NCBI GenBank assembly: GCA_965200965.1
Contig: OZ241744.1
Span: forward strand, 1,536,001 to 1,600,000
Origin: an uncultured Candidatus Binatia bacterium
Lineage (GTDB): Bacteria; Desulfobacterota; Binatia; Bin18
Direction: 5' to 3'
Length of the DNA stretch: 64,000 bases
The notes under the pieces are model-generated. The model saw nothing but the letters and a program-made list of their open reading frames with translations, had not been told where the DNA came from and searched no databases. Positions within the stretch are counted from its first letter, which is position 1. The number at the start of each line of letters is the position of its first letter. A program made the translations under genes and the position numbers. Below, one piece after another: positions 10,101-18,991 of the stretch.

Positions 10101-11656
10101 CTAGCCTAACGAACCGCCTTTGGCTTCGATGGCATAGCGGACGATCTAGATGAATTCCTCCAGGAATCTTTGCGTTACATCATCCATCGCCGAGGTGATA
10201 GACGGGGCTGCTGCCTCATAAATTTGGCGCATCTCCTCTGCCCTGTCGCGGCTTGACCCCCTGCCGCTGAACGCGAAAGCGGTTTGCCAATCGGTGAGAG
10301 GGTCAGTTATGAGACGCTGCTCCGCCAGTTTATGAACACGGATGGATACCTTCTTCCGTATCTCGTTGATGGCGGAGCGCCTCTCGTCTTCGCTTGCTGG
10401 CTGTCTGGTCCAGCCCGTAGGCTTGTCGAGCCAGAGAGAGATGCTGGCCTGGAACAGGCGAATGAGGTCGGCGACGGGTCGCAGTCCGTCATATTCGTCG
10501 GCCCACCGCCTGGCGATACGCCGGCACAACGCTTTAACGCACCCCCAATGTTCCTTCTGAACGCCTTCGTAAGAGCTGAGCCCGAGTCGGCCCCACCAGG
10601 AATTTTTGAACCCGTCGGCAGCGTCTCGAAAAGCGAGTTCCAATCGGGCGATGTTGTAGAGTGACGCAAGGGCGATCGGTTTGGACAGCTCAGCAGATTT
10701 CCGCATCAGTGCCAGCAAGTCCCGCATTTGCTTGATGAAACGCTCCGGGATTTCCTCCGTAGCCCTATCCAGACCACTCAGATAAAAATCTCTGGTCTCC
10801 AATTGCTGCTGTAGGGTCTCCGTTACCGGTGCTCCCAGCGATTGGCGCATGTTGACAATAGCATTACCAATTGAGGCGCGAATGTGGTTCCGCTGCTGGC
10901 CATAGGTGCGTAAGTTGTCACCCTTCACATGGTCGGAGTGTGTAAAAGCAACAGCTAGTTTGTGTCCGTGACCGCTGCTGCCAACCGACCGAAGGAGTTC
11001 CAATGGGGCGGCCTGCATCGGTGACTGGACATTGTCCACAAGCAGAATCATATCTGCTTCGGGAAACTTTTCCGTTACCTTCGTGGATATACTCATAGCT
11101 TCCTTCGCTGAATGGCCTAGTCCTTCACCGTCCAGCAACACGCTCCGCCGGTCATTGTCTTGCAGTTCTGCTGCGTCTGGCTGGAACGGACCACACACGC
11201 GGATGCCGTCAACAACAGTGTCAGCAGTCGCCCAAACTGCTGGGCGTGATTGCTGCTGAACCACCGTGTCTGCTTCAAGAAGGTGTCGCTGTCTTTTTCC
11301 TCATAGTGCCAGAGGGTGGGCCAGCCTGTTGCACTCCGCTTAAAATTGTCCGCCTTAACCAAGTCGAACCGTTCCACGATGGAATCCATGATATCACGGG
11401 AGAGCCGGGTGAAGTCCTGATTCTTGGACAGTGCAGCAGTGAAGTCTTCCAACCATTTCTGCCGCTGATTGGCGTTGTCCATCTCCTGAAAGTCGCCCTG
11501 CTCCTTCATGGTTTTCCTGCCTACTACCGTTGCGACCTTCTTGATACGACAGACGTACTCAACCAAGCGTTCATTGTTGTCTGTGATGTCGTCGGCAGCC
11601 ACAATTTCGTCATGTGCTAAAGTGTTCGCTTCCGCCCCTTCGTCTTCGTGGTTCAT
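10101..11656 (-). pseudogene. 5'-truncated, frameshifted P-loop (dynamin-like) GTPase-type gene
   Basis: ORF 11117-11656 (...FSSNHAQQFGRLLT) joins ORF 10146-11264 (VDGIRVCGPF...LLDGEGLGH...AFTHSD) through a 1-bp loss near 11210-11215. Premature TAG at 10146 is followed by in-frame IVRYAIEAKGGSLG* ending at 10101. G3-like DxxG and G4-like THxD are present; no G1. Confidence 0.6.
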
Positions 11657-12015
11657 TTCGTATTACATGTTCTTTAGGAACATACTCCGGGAAATCGAAC
11701 TGATCTTTTTTAATCAATTCGATTTCTTCAAGAACCGTATGCTGAATCGGCTTCGGGCTGTGGGCCGACGGCAACTTGTCCGCCGGCTTGGACGCTTGGC
11801 TCCGATGACGCTGCCCAAGACTTTGAGCGCGTTACGGGGTGGGATGGGACTGAGTATATTTACGTTTTGTGGTGTGCGCGAGCGGTTTAGAGACTACATG
11901 TTATTAGGGGTCCTTTGTCAAGTTCGTTGAGTTATGACGTTGTTGTGCAGAGTTTCTATTGTGCGGGGCTTATTTGTGCGGAGGACTGACATTGCGTCCA
12001 GACTTTCGGCAGAGC

Positions 12016-12051
12016 CGTAGGTTGGATTAGCTTAGCGTAATCCGACCTACG
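12016..12051. repeat. GTAG-family REP palindrome
   Basis: CGTAGGTTGGATTA-GCTTAGCG-TAATCCGACCTACG: 14-bp inverted repeat (one G-U pair) with GTAG/CTAC ends. Confidence 0.75.
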
Positions 12052-12113
12052 ACCTGTATACGGTGTCACACTTGATTCTTCTACTTCGCTAATCTTTTTG
12101 TAAGGAGCAACGC

Positions 12114-12356
12114 GTGATTGTCAAGATTACGTCAAAGCGTCAAGTCACCTTCCCTGTGCGGGTACTGGACGCGCTGGGGGTCGGACCTGGCAACCAGCTT
12201 GAACTGGAAGAAGGTCCCGAGGGCTTCATTCTCAGGCCCCGACGAATTGACCCCACCCGCCTTGTGCCGTTGCGTACTAAGCTTAAACGTGGATGTGACC
12301 CGTTCGATATCGAATCGTTCCGCGAGCAAGCCTATGACCCGACGCTTCGGGATTGA
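12114..12356 (+). CDS. AbrB/MazE/SpoVT-family antitoxin (VapB-like)
   Basis: KITSKRQVTFPVRVLDALGVGPGNQLELEE swapped-hairpin motif; AAGGAG SD; overlaps the PIN toxin start. Confidence 0.88.
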   Translation: MIVKITSKRQVTFPVRVLDALGVGPGNQLELEEGPEGFILRPRRIDPTRLVPLRTKLKRGCDPFDIESFREQAYDPTLRD

Positions 12357-12732
12357 CACGTCCGTGCTCGTGCGGTTGCTGGGCCGGTGAACCCGAGGCG
12401 GACTTCGCGCATTGCGTCGCCAAGCTGAGCGCCCTGATCGAGGATGAAGGGGCTGAAATCTTCGCCTCAAACCAAGTCATCGGCGGGCCTATGTCGCCGT
12501 TCAGCATCACTCTGGGGTATCCAAGGCCGATGCCCGCACTGGCTTGCTTGACGCCTTGCACAGCGGGCTGGTTGCGCTGTTGAACGGCAGGTCGGTCTTC
12601 ACTGCCCTTGAGGCTTCTAGGGGTGCTGGCCTGTTTGACCGTCTCATTGCCAACGAATACGCTCGCGCCAGCCTGCGAGTTTTGACGCTTGACAAACATA
12701 TGGCCGCTCTACCCGACGCGGAGCGGCTGTAG
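12334..12732 (+). pseudogene. PIN-domain (VapC-like) toxin disrupted by two frameshifts
   Basis: MTRRFGIDTSVLVRLL | AGEPEADF...SNQVIG | AYVAVQHH...LFDRLIA...TLDKHMA. A +1 G at 12381-12383 creates TGA at 12388; a -1 deletion lies at ~12485. Confidence 0.8.
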
Positions 12733-12737
12733 AGATT

Positions 12738-12817
12738 TAGCCCGGGTGAAGTGGAACGGAAGCCAGGATTCCACTGCCTGCCCGATCCCAGATTTCACCC
12801 AACTCTACCCAGGCTAC
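12738..12817. repeat. Degenerate GTAG-type REP doublet
   Basis: TAGCCCGGGTGAAGTGGAACGGAAGCCAGGA...TCCCAGATTTCACCCAACTCTACCCAGGCTAC: imperfect long inverted repeat ending in CTAC, between convergent genes. Confidence 0.55.
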
Positions 12818-13679
12818 CGGCTATTAAGCGATGAGGGCGGCTGTGGGCTGATTTTTCAGCCAGCCAAGCCGCCAGCACTGTCTTGTACATGGCGATGACC
12901 GGCTGTGGGCCGCTGGCGTCGATAACATGATCAAAGCGCGGTCCGGAATTGAGTTCTAAGAGATACAGCCGGTTGTCAGCAGAGCGGACGATATCAAAGC
13001 CGACAAAGCCGAGGTCTAGCACTGCGTAGACCGGCCGTACAAAGGCTGCCAGCTCGTCTATCAGTGCCGCTTGCCCGATCAGGGTTGCACTGTGTGAGGC
13101 GAGCTCCCAATAGCGGGCATTGAAGGGCCGCGGGGCGGCAGAGCGGGCGTAGGCCAGGACCGGCGTCTGTCGGTAGCACACCAGCCGGTATTCCTGGATG
13201 GTCGGGATGAACTCCTGGGCTAGCGCAAGGTAGTCGTACAGGTGGGAGTTTTTGTCAAAAATCCGCTCAATGGCGGCCCGTGCCTCCGCGGCCTCACGGC
13301 ACAGAAACACGTTGGAGCCAAAGGAGCCGCGGTTGGGCTTGATGATCAGCGGATAGCTGAGTTCGGCCTCAACAGCCGACACGATTTCGGGGGCCGAGGG
13401 GTAGTGGAGATAGTCCGTGTATCGCCCATCAACCCGATAGCTCAGAAAGGAGAGGGTTTTGGGAAAGCGGACCATGTCTTTGAGCAGACGGTAGGTGTGG
13501 TATTTGTCTTTGCAGATGCCGGCCACCGATTCGGTGTTGAACGGCGTCCGGTTGAGCTGAAAATAGCCAGTCCGGCCATGCGCGCGTATCCTGACAACAT
13601 TGCGCTCCTGGTCAATATACGCAAAGCCAATGCCGAGTTGGCGACAGGCCGCGGTCAGACAGACGATATGTTTTTCCAC
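12795..13679 (-). CDS. ATP-grasp ligase, RimK/cyanophycin-synthetase-like
   Basis: ICKDKYHTY, YPLIIKPNRGSFGSNV, LAQEFI..EYR, GFDIV and LLELNSGP motifs. Confidence 0.8.
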   Translation of the reverse strand: MEKHIVCLTAACRQLGIGFAYIDQERNVVRIRAHGRTGYFQLNRTPFNTESVAGICKDKYHTYRLLKDMVRFPKTLSFLSYRVDGRYTDYLHYPSAPEIVSAVEAELSYPLIIKPNRGSFGSNVFLCREAAEARAAIERIFDKNSHLYDYLALAQEFIPTIQEYRLVCYRQTPVLAYARSAAPRPFNARYWELASHSATLIGQAALIDELAAFVRPVYAVLDLGFVGFDIVRSADNRLYLLELNSGPRFDHVIDASGPQPVIAMYKTVLAAWLAEKSAHSRPHRLIAGSLGRVG

Positions 13680-13746
13680 CGCTAAAGGCTCGCTTGCCGG
13701 AGCCGGTGCGCTCGGCGAGCGGCCCCGTCAACACCGCTCCGACCCC

Positions 13747-15444
13747 CTAACCCCTGCCCGCCTGCCGGGCCTTTTGGAGCTTGGCCCAGGTATCACGCAG
13801 CGTCACTGTCCGATTAAAGACCGGCCTGCCAGCGACCGAATCGGGATCAACGCAGAAATAGCCCAGCCGCTCAAACTGATAGCGGCTGCCGACCGCGGCG
13901 TCGGCTAGGCCGGGCTCAAGCTGACACGCTGGCAGCACTTCCAGCGAGTTGGAATTCAGAAAATCGGTATAGTGGTACCCGTCTTCGACATTGTCCGGGT
14001 CGGGTTTGGTGAACAGGATGTCGTACAGGCGCACTTCGGCCGGGATGGCGTGGGCAGCTGATACCCAGTGCAGGGTGGCTTTGACTTTGCGACCCTCGGC
14101 CGGACCACCGCTGTGGGTTTCCGGGTCATAGGTGCAGTGCAGCTCGACAATGTTGCCGGCGGCGTCTTTGACCACCTCAACACACTTGATGATATAGGCG
14201 TAGCGCAGCCGGACTTCACGGCCCGGGGCGAGGCGGAAAAACTTGCGGGGCGGTTCTTCCCGAAAATCGTCCTGCTCAATGTACACTACCCGCGAAAACG
14301 GCACCTGCCGGCTGCCGGCGCTGGGGTCCTCGGGGTTATTGACGGCCTCGAGTTGTTCAACCCGGCTGGGCGGATAATTGTCAATCACGACCTTCAGCGG
14401 GCGCAGCACAGCCATGACCCGAGGCGCGCGTTTGTTGAGATCATCCCGCACATAATATTCGAGCATGGCCATATCAACCATGCTGTTGCGCTTGGCCACG
14501 CCGATGCGCTCGCAGAAGGTGCGGATCGCCGTCGGCGTGTAGCCACGGCGGCGTAAGCCCTTGAGGGTCGGCATACGCGGATCGTCCCAGCCGGTGACAT
14601 GCCGCTTGGTGACGAGTTCGAGCAGCTTGCGTTTGCTCATCACGGTATAACTCAGGTTGAGCCGGGCAAACTCGATCTGTCGCGGTCGGCAGGGGACGGG
14701 CAGCTCGTTTAGAAACCAGTCGTACAGGGGCCGGTGGTCTTCAAACTCGAGCGTACAAATTGAATGGGTAATGCCCTCAATGGCATCAGACTGCCCGTGG
14801 GTAAAGTCGTACATAGGGTAGATGCACCAGCGGTCCCCGGTCCGGTGGTGGGTCGCCCGACGGATACGGTACAAGACCGGGTCGCGCAAGTTGAGATTGG
14901 GCGAAGCCATGTCGATTTTGGCCCGCAAGACCTGACTGCCGTCGGCAAACTCGCCGGCACGCATACGCGAAAACAGGTCGAGATTGTCCTCAACGGAGCG
15001 GTCCCGATACGGGCTGTTCCTGCCCGGCCGGGTCAGGCTGCCTCGATACTCGCGGATCTCGTCGGCGCTCAGGCTGTCCACATACGCCTTGCCGTGTGTG
15101 ATCAGATACACGGCGTACTTGTACAGCCGCTCATAGTAGTCCGAGGCGTAGAACAGCTTGTCCTGCCAGTCAAAGCCCAGCCAGCGGACATCCTCCTGAA
15201 TGGCCTCCACATACTCACGGTCTTCCTTGGTCGGGTTGGTGTCGTCAAAGCGGAGGTGGCACACGCCTGTATACTCGGCCGCAATCCCAAAGTTGAGACA
15301 GATGGATTTGGCGTGACCGATGTGCAGATAGCCATTCGGTTCGGGCGGAAAGCGGGTCACGACCCGGCCTCGGTTTTTGTTGGCCCGGAAGTCGGCGGCA
15401 ATCATCTCGCGGATAAAGTCGGCAGAAGTCTCAGGCGCGCTCAT
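13747..15444 (-). CDS. glnS: Glutamine--tRNA ligase
   Basis: [18 protein letters not shown] (HIGH), [15 protein letters not shown] and QFERLGYF. Confidence 0.97.
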   Translation of the reverse strand: MSAPETSADFIREMIAADFRANKNRGRVVTRFPPEPNGYLHIGHAKSICLNFGIAAEYTGVCHLRFDDTNPTKEDREYVEAIQEDVRWLGFDWQDKLFYASDYYERLYKYAVYLITHGKAYVDSLSADEIREYRGSLTRPGRNSPYRDRSVEDNLDLFSRMRAGEFADGSQVLRAKIDMASPNLNLRDPVLYRIRRATHHRTGDRWCIYPMYDFTHGQSDAIEGITHSICTLEFEDHRPLYDWFLNELPVPCRPRQIEFARLNLSYTVMSKRKLLELVTKRHVTGWDDPRMPTLKGLRRRGYTPTAIRTFCERIGVAKRNSMVDMAMLEYYVRDDLNKRAPRVMAVLRPLKVVIDNYPPSRVEQLEAVNNPEDPSAGSRQVPFSRVVYIEQDDFREEPPRKFFRLAPGREVRLRYAYIIKCVEVVKDAAGNIVELHCTYDPETHSGGPAEGRKVKATLHWVSAAHAIPAEVRLYDILFTKPDPDNVEDGYHYTDFLNSNSLEVLPACQLEPGLADAAVGSRYQFERLGYFCVDPDSVAGRPVFNRTVTLRDTWAKLQKARQAGRG

Positions 15445-16481
15445 AACACGCTCTCGTGTGACCGCCGGGATGAGCGCTGAGCCGGGGCCAGCTCTCGCAC
15501 GGCCACAAGCAGCCGCTGGCGCTTGACGGCCGGGTCGGTGGCAAAACTCTGGAGTTGGAGAAAAGCCGTAGTCACCCCAGCCTCCATATAGCGCTCGACA
15601 TGGGCGTGGACCTCCTCCGGCGGGCCGATCAGGATGAGTTCATCAATGACCGACTGCGGTACCGCGGCCACCGCCGCCCGGCGTTCGCCGCCGCTCCAGG
15701 CCCGCCACATCGGTCCCAGGGCGTCGGCGCGTCCCAGCCACTCGTGAAAGGCTTTGTAGACCGGAACGTTGAGATAGGTGTTGATATGGCGGCGGATACC
15801 GGTGTCGGTTTCGGGTGAGGGCGGGTCAACGCACACAAACAGCCGGGCGGTGATCTCGACCGCGGCGGGATCACGGCCGGCGTTTTGGGCGGCCTCGCGT
15901 ACAACGGCGACCGATTGTTTGACATCTTCGGCCGACAGCCAGTTGAGAATCGCACCGTCGCCAAGCTGCCCGGCCAAGCGCAACATGGCTGGGCGCAGGG
16001 CGGCCAAGTGAATCGGGACAGGCGCGATGGGCGGCCGACTCAGCCGAAAGCCCCGGACGCTGAAGGTCTCTCCCTCAAACACCACCCGCTCGCCGCTGAA
16101 CGCTTGGCGCAGAAACCTGACCATATCGCGGACCCGGCTAAGCGGGCGATGGAACTGGCCGCCGTTCCAGCTCTCCACAATTGGCTGTGAGCCGGCCCCC
16201 AGGCCCAGACAAAACCGGCCCGGGGCGATCTCGGCCAAGCCGGCGGCGGTCATGGCCAGGGTTGCCGGACCGCGGGTATACACATTGGCAATGGCGGTTC
16301 CCAGCCGCAGCCGGGTGGCCGCTCCAATCAGGGCCAGGAGCGAAAAACCATCCGTGCCGTCCACCTCCAAGGACCAGGCATCGGTATAGCCCAGCCGCTC
16401 GGCCTCACGCGCAAGCTCAGCGTGCTCGGCCAGCGGGACTGCCTCAATCGGAACGGACAGAGACCAGCGTTTTTGCGTCAT
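15441..16481 (-). CDS. LLM-class (probably F420-dependent) oxidoreductase
   Basis: [33 protein letters not shown] and [16 protein letters not shown] motifs; start MTQKRW. Confidence 0.82.
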   Translation of the reverse strand: MTQKRWSLSVPIEAVPLAEHAELAREAERLGYTDAWSLEVDGTDGFSLLALIGAATRLRLGTAIANVYTRGPATLAMTAAGLAEIAPGRFCLGLGAGSQPIVESWNGGQFHRPLSRVRDMVRFLRQAFSGERVVFEGETFSVRGFRLSRPPIAPVPIHLAALRPAMLRLAGQLGDGAILNWLSAEDVKQSVAVVREAAQNAGRDPAAVEITARLFVCVDPPSPETDTGIRRHINTYLNVPVYKAFHEWLGRADALGPMWRAWSGGERRAAVAAVPQSVIDELILIGPPEEVHAHVERYMEAGVTTAFLQLQSFATDPAVKRQRLLVAVRELAPAQRSSRRSHESVL

Positions 16482-16560
16482 GGCGTGCTCCGTGGTGCGA
16501 TGAAAGGGAAACGTGGCAAAGAGGATTATACACGTCACATCCATGCCATATCTAGTCCGG

Positions 16561-16589
16561 TTGACTCCTTAAGCCAGAGCCGCTAGCGT
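16561..16589 (+). promoter_or_regulatory. Sigma70-type promoter
   Basis: TTGACT-17 bp-TAGCGT upstream of the 16645 start. Confidence 0.5.
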
Positions 16590-16644
16590 GCGCCTCTACC
16601 ACAAGAAGGTTCCGATAGAGGACTGCTGAGCGGAAAGGGACAGC

Positions 16645-18045
16645 ATGGAAGCGCAACTGGGCAGCCCGGCGTATCCCCTCCGGGTCGCTATTTTTGGTTC
16701 TGGACCGGCCGGTTTTTACGCGGTGGCCGAGTTGTTACGGCAGAAAGACTACACGGTGGCGGTTGACCTGTTTGACCGGCTGCCGACCCCCTACGGGCTG
16801 GTACGCGGCGGCGTCGCCCCGGATCACCAGAAAATCAAAGCGGTCATCAGGCAGTACGAAAAAACCGCCGGCCACGGCCGCTTCCGGTTCTTTGGCAATG
16901 TGAGCTTTGGCACCGATGTATCCATCAAAGAGATCCTGGCCCACTATCACCAAGTCCTGTTTGCCACCGGGGCAGAATCGGACCGCCGGTTGGGCATCCC
17001 CGGCGAAGACCTGCCCGGCAGCTACCCGGCGACAATTTTTGTCGGCTGGTACAACGGGCATCCAGACTATCGCGATCTGGAGTTTGACCTGAGCCAGGTC
17101 GAGCGGGTGGCGGTGATCGGCAACGGCAATGTGGCGATGGATGTGACACGCATCCTGACCAAGTCGGTCGAGGAGCTATCAACCACCGATATCACCAACT
17201 ATGCGCTGGACACCTTGGGCAAAAGCGCGGTCAAAGAGATTTTTCTACTAGGCCGCCGGGGAGCGGCCCAGGCGGCGTTCACCAACCCGGAGATCCGTGA
17301 GTTGGCCCAGATTCCGCAGGTCGATCTCATCGTCCACCCGCCCGACCTAGTCATGGACCCATTCAGTCAGGAGTTTCTTGACCAAGCCCCGGACGTCCAT
17401 CGGCGCAATGTTTATATTCTGGCCAGACAGTTGGAGAAGGGCGAGGGCAATGGGCGGCGCAAGATTCGGGTCCGCTTTTTTGTCTCGCCGGTCGAGATTC
17501 TGGGCAGCGAGCGGGTTGAGGGCGTGCGCCTAGAGAAGAACACCCTGGTCAAAGACGAGGGCGGAACGCTGCGCTCGCACGGAATCGGGGTCTATGAGGA
17601 GTTTCCGATTCAGATGATCTTTCGCTCCATCGGCTACAAAGGCCACCGCCTGCCAGGCGTGCCGTTTGATGAGCGCGCCGGCATCATCCCCAACCAGGAC
17701 GGGCGGGTGATCGATCAGGAAACCGGCGCGGTCGTGCCACGCCTGTACGTCACCGGCTGGATTAAACGCGGTCCATCCGGCGTGGTCGGTACCAACAAAC
17801 CCGACGCGGTGGACAGCGTGAGGCGGATGCTTGAAGACGCACCGGTGTCAGCGGACGGACTGAGCAGCGACCCCGAAGCCCTTCCCAGCCTGCTGTCAGC
17901 CAGGGGCGTTCGCTACGTCAGCTTTGCCGACTGGAAACGGCTGGACCAGATTGAGATCGAAGCCGGCAAGCCCTTGGGCAAACCGCGCGAGAAACTCACC
18001 ACCGTCCAAGCCATGCTTGAAGCCCTGAACACGGCCGCCCAGTAG
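16645..18045 (+). CDS. Ferredoxin/adrenodoxin--NADP+ reductase (FprA-like)
   Basis: GSGPAGFY, PYGLVRGGVAPDH, FVGWYNGHP, VIGNGNVAMDV and GWIKRGPSGVVGTN. Confidence 0.92.
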   Translation: MEAQLGSPAYPLRVAIFGSGPAGFYAVAELLRQKDYTVAVDLFDRLPTPYGLVRGGVAPDHQKIKAVIRQYEKTAGHGRFRFFGNVSFGTDVSIKEILAHYHQVLFATGAESDRRLGIPGEDLPGSYPATIFVGWYNGHPDYRDLEFDLSQVERVAVIGNGNVAMDVTRILTKSVEELSTTDITNYALDTLGKSAVKEIFLLGRRGAAQAAFTNPEIRELAQIPQVDLIVHPPDLVMDPFSQEFLDQAPDVHRRNVYILARQLEKGEGNGRRKIRVRFFVSPVEILGSERVEGVRLEKNTLVKDEGGTLRSHGIGVYEEFPIQMIFRSIGYKGHRLPGVPFDERAGIIPNQDGRVIDQETGAVVPRLYVTGWIKRGPSGVVGTNKPDAVDSVRRMLEDAPVSADGLSSDPEALPSLLSARGVRYVSFADWKRLDQIEIEAGKPLGKPREKLTTVQAMLEALNTAAQ

Positions 18046-18061
18046 ACCGGCCGGGGCAGCA

Positions 18062-18991
18062 TCAGCCTCTGGGGTGATACTTGCGGTGTACCTCACGCAG
18101 TCGCTCATTACTCAGATGCGTGTATATCTGGGTTGTGGCAATATCAACATGGCCCAGCATGGACTGGACTGCCCGCAGGTCGGCCCCACCTTCGAGCAAA
18201 TGGGTGGCAAAGGCGTGGCGCAGGGCGTGCGGATAGAGCGCCCCACCGTCGGCCGCCCGCGTGGCGTGCTGTTTGAGCAGCCGCCAAAAACCCTGACGGC
18301 TGAGGGGCTTGGCGGAGCGGGTAACGAACACAAAGGAACTCGCCCGCTGCTTGAGGAGTGCCGGCCGCGCCTGGTCGAGATAGGCGTCGAGTTTTGTCTT
18401 GGCCTCTGACCCGAGCGGTACCACGCGCTCACGTCCACCTTTGCCCCGGACCCGGACAAAGCCGGCTTCAAGATTGAGCTGGCTGAGGTCGAGCATGACC
18501 AGTTCGGAAACGCGCAGGCCGGTGGCGTACAGCAGCTCGATCATGGCCCGGTCGCGCAGACCGAGCGGGGTTGAGGCGTCTGGTGACGTGAGCAGCGCGT
18601 CGATCTGCGCCTGAGACGGTGCCTGGGGCAGATGGCGGCCAATTCTGGGCAGCGGCAGGTGGGCGGTCGGGTCGGCCCCGGGCAAAAGCTCCTCGCGCTG
18701 GAGAAAGCAGTATAAGCCTCTGAGGACGATGAGGACCCGGGCTTGGCTGCGCGCCGACAGGCCCCGGTCGCGGAGGCTGGCCAGAAAGCCAATCAGATGA
18801 CGGGGGCCGGCCCGTCTCAGGTCATCAAGCCCCTGGTTGGCCAGATAGCGACAAAACTCGCCTACATCCCGGCTGTAGGCCTGGATGGTATTTTTTGCTA
18901 GGCCCTTCTCGACCGTAATATAGTTCAGAAACGCGTCCACGCAGGTGTCGCTGGCCGCTACGCTTCCCGGCTGGGTGTCCTGCTCCGCCAT
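18062..18991 (-). CDS. xerD: Site-specific tyrosine recombinase XerD
   Basis: VEKGLAKNTIQAYSRD, RDRAMIELLYATGLRVSEL, PHALRHAFATHLL, DLRAVQSMLGH..IATTQIYTH and YHPRG. Confidence 0.92.
   Translation of the reverse strand: MAEQDTQPGSVAASDTCVDAFLNYITVEKGLAKNTIQAYSRDVGEFCRYLANQGLDDLRRAGPRHLIGFLASLRDRGLSARSQARVLIVLRGLYCFLQREELLPGADPTAHLPLPRIGRHLPQAPSQAQIDALLTSPDASTPLGLRDRAMIELLYATGLRVSELVMLDLSQLNLEAGFVRVRGKGGRERVVPLGSEAKTKLDAYLDQARPALLKQRASSFVFVTRSAKPLSRQGFWRLLKQHATRAADGGALYPHALRHAFATHLLEGGADLRAVQSMLGHVDIATTQIYTHLSNERLREVHRKYHPRG

Noticed and set aside
11508-11930. 140-aa plus-strand ORF
   Set aside because: Antisense to the pseudogene fragments; no SD or motif support.
18062-18991. Tyrosine recombinase as a possible prophage or island integrase
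   Set aside because: It has XerD-specific motifs and sits in a housekeeping operon with no att sites or mobile cargo.
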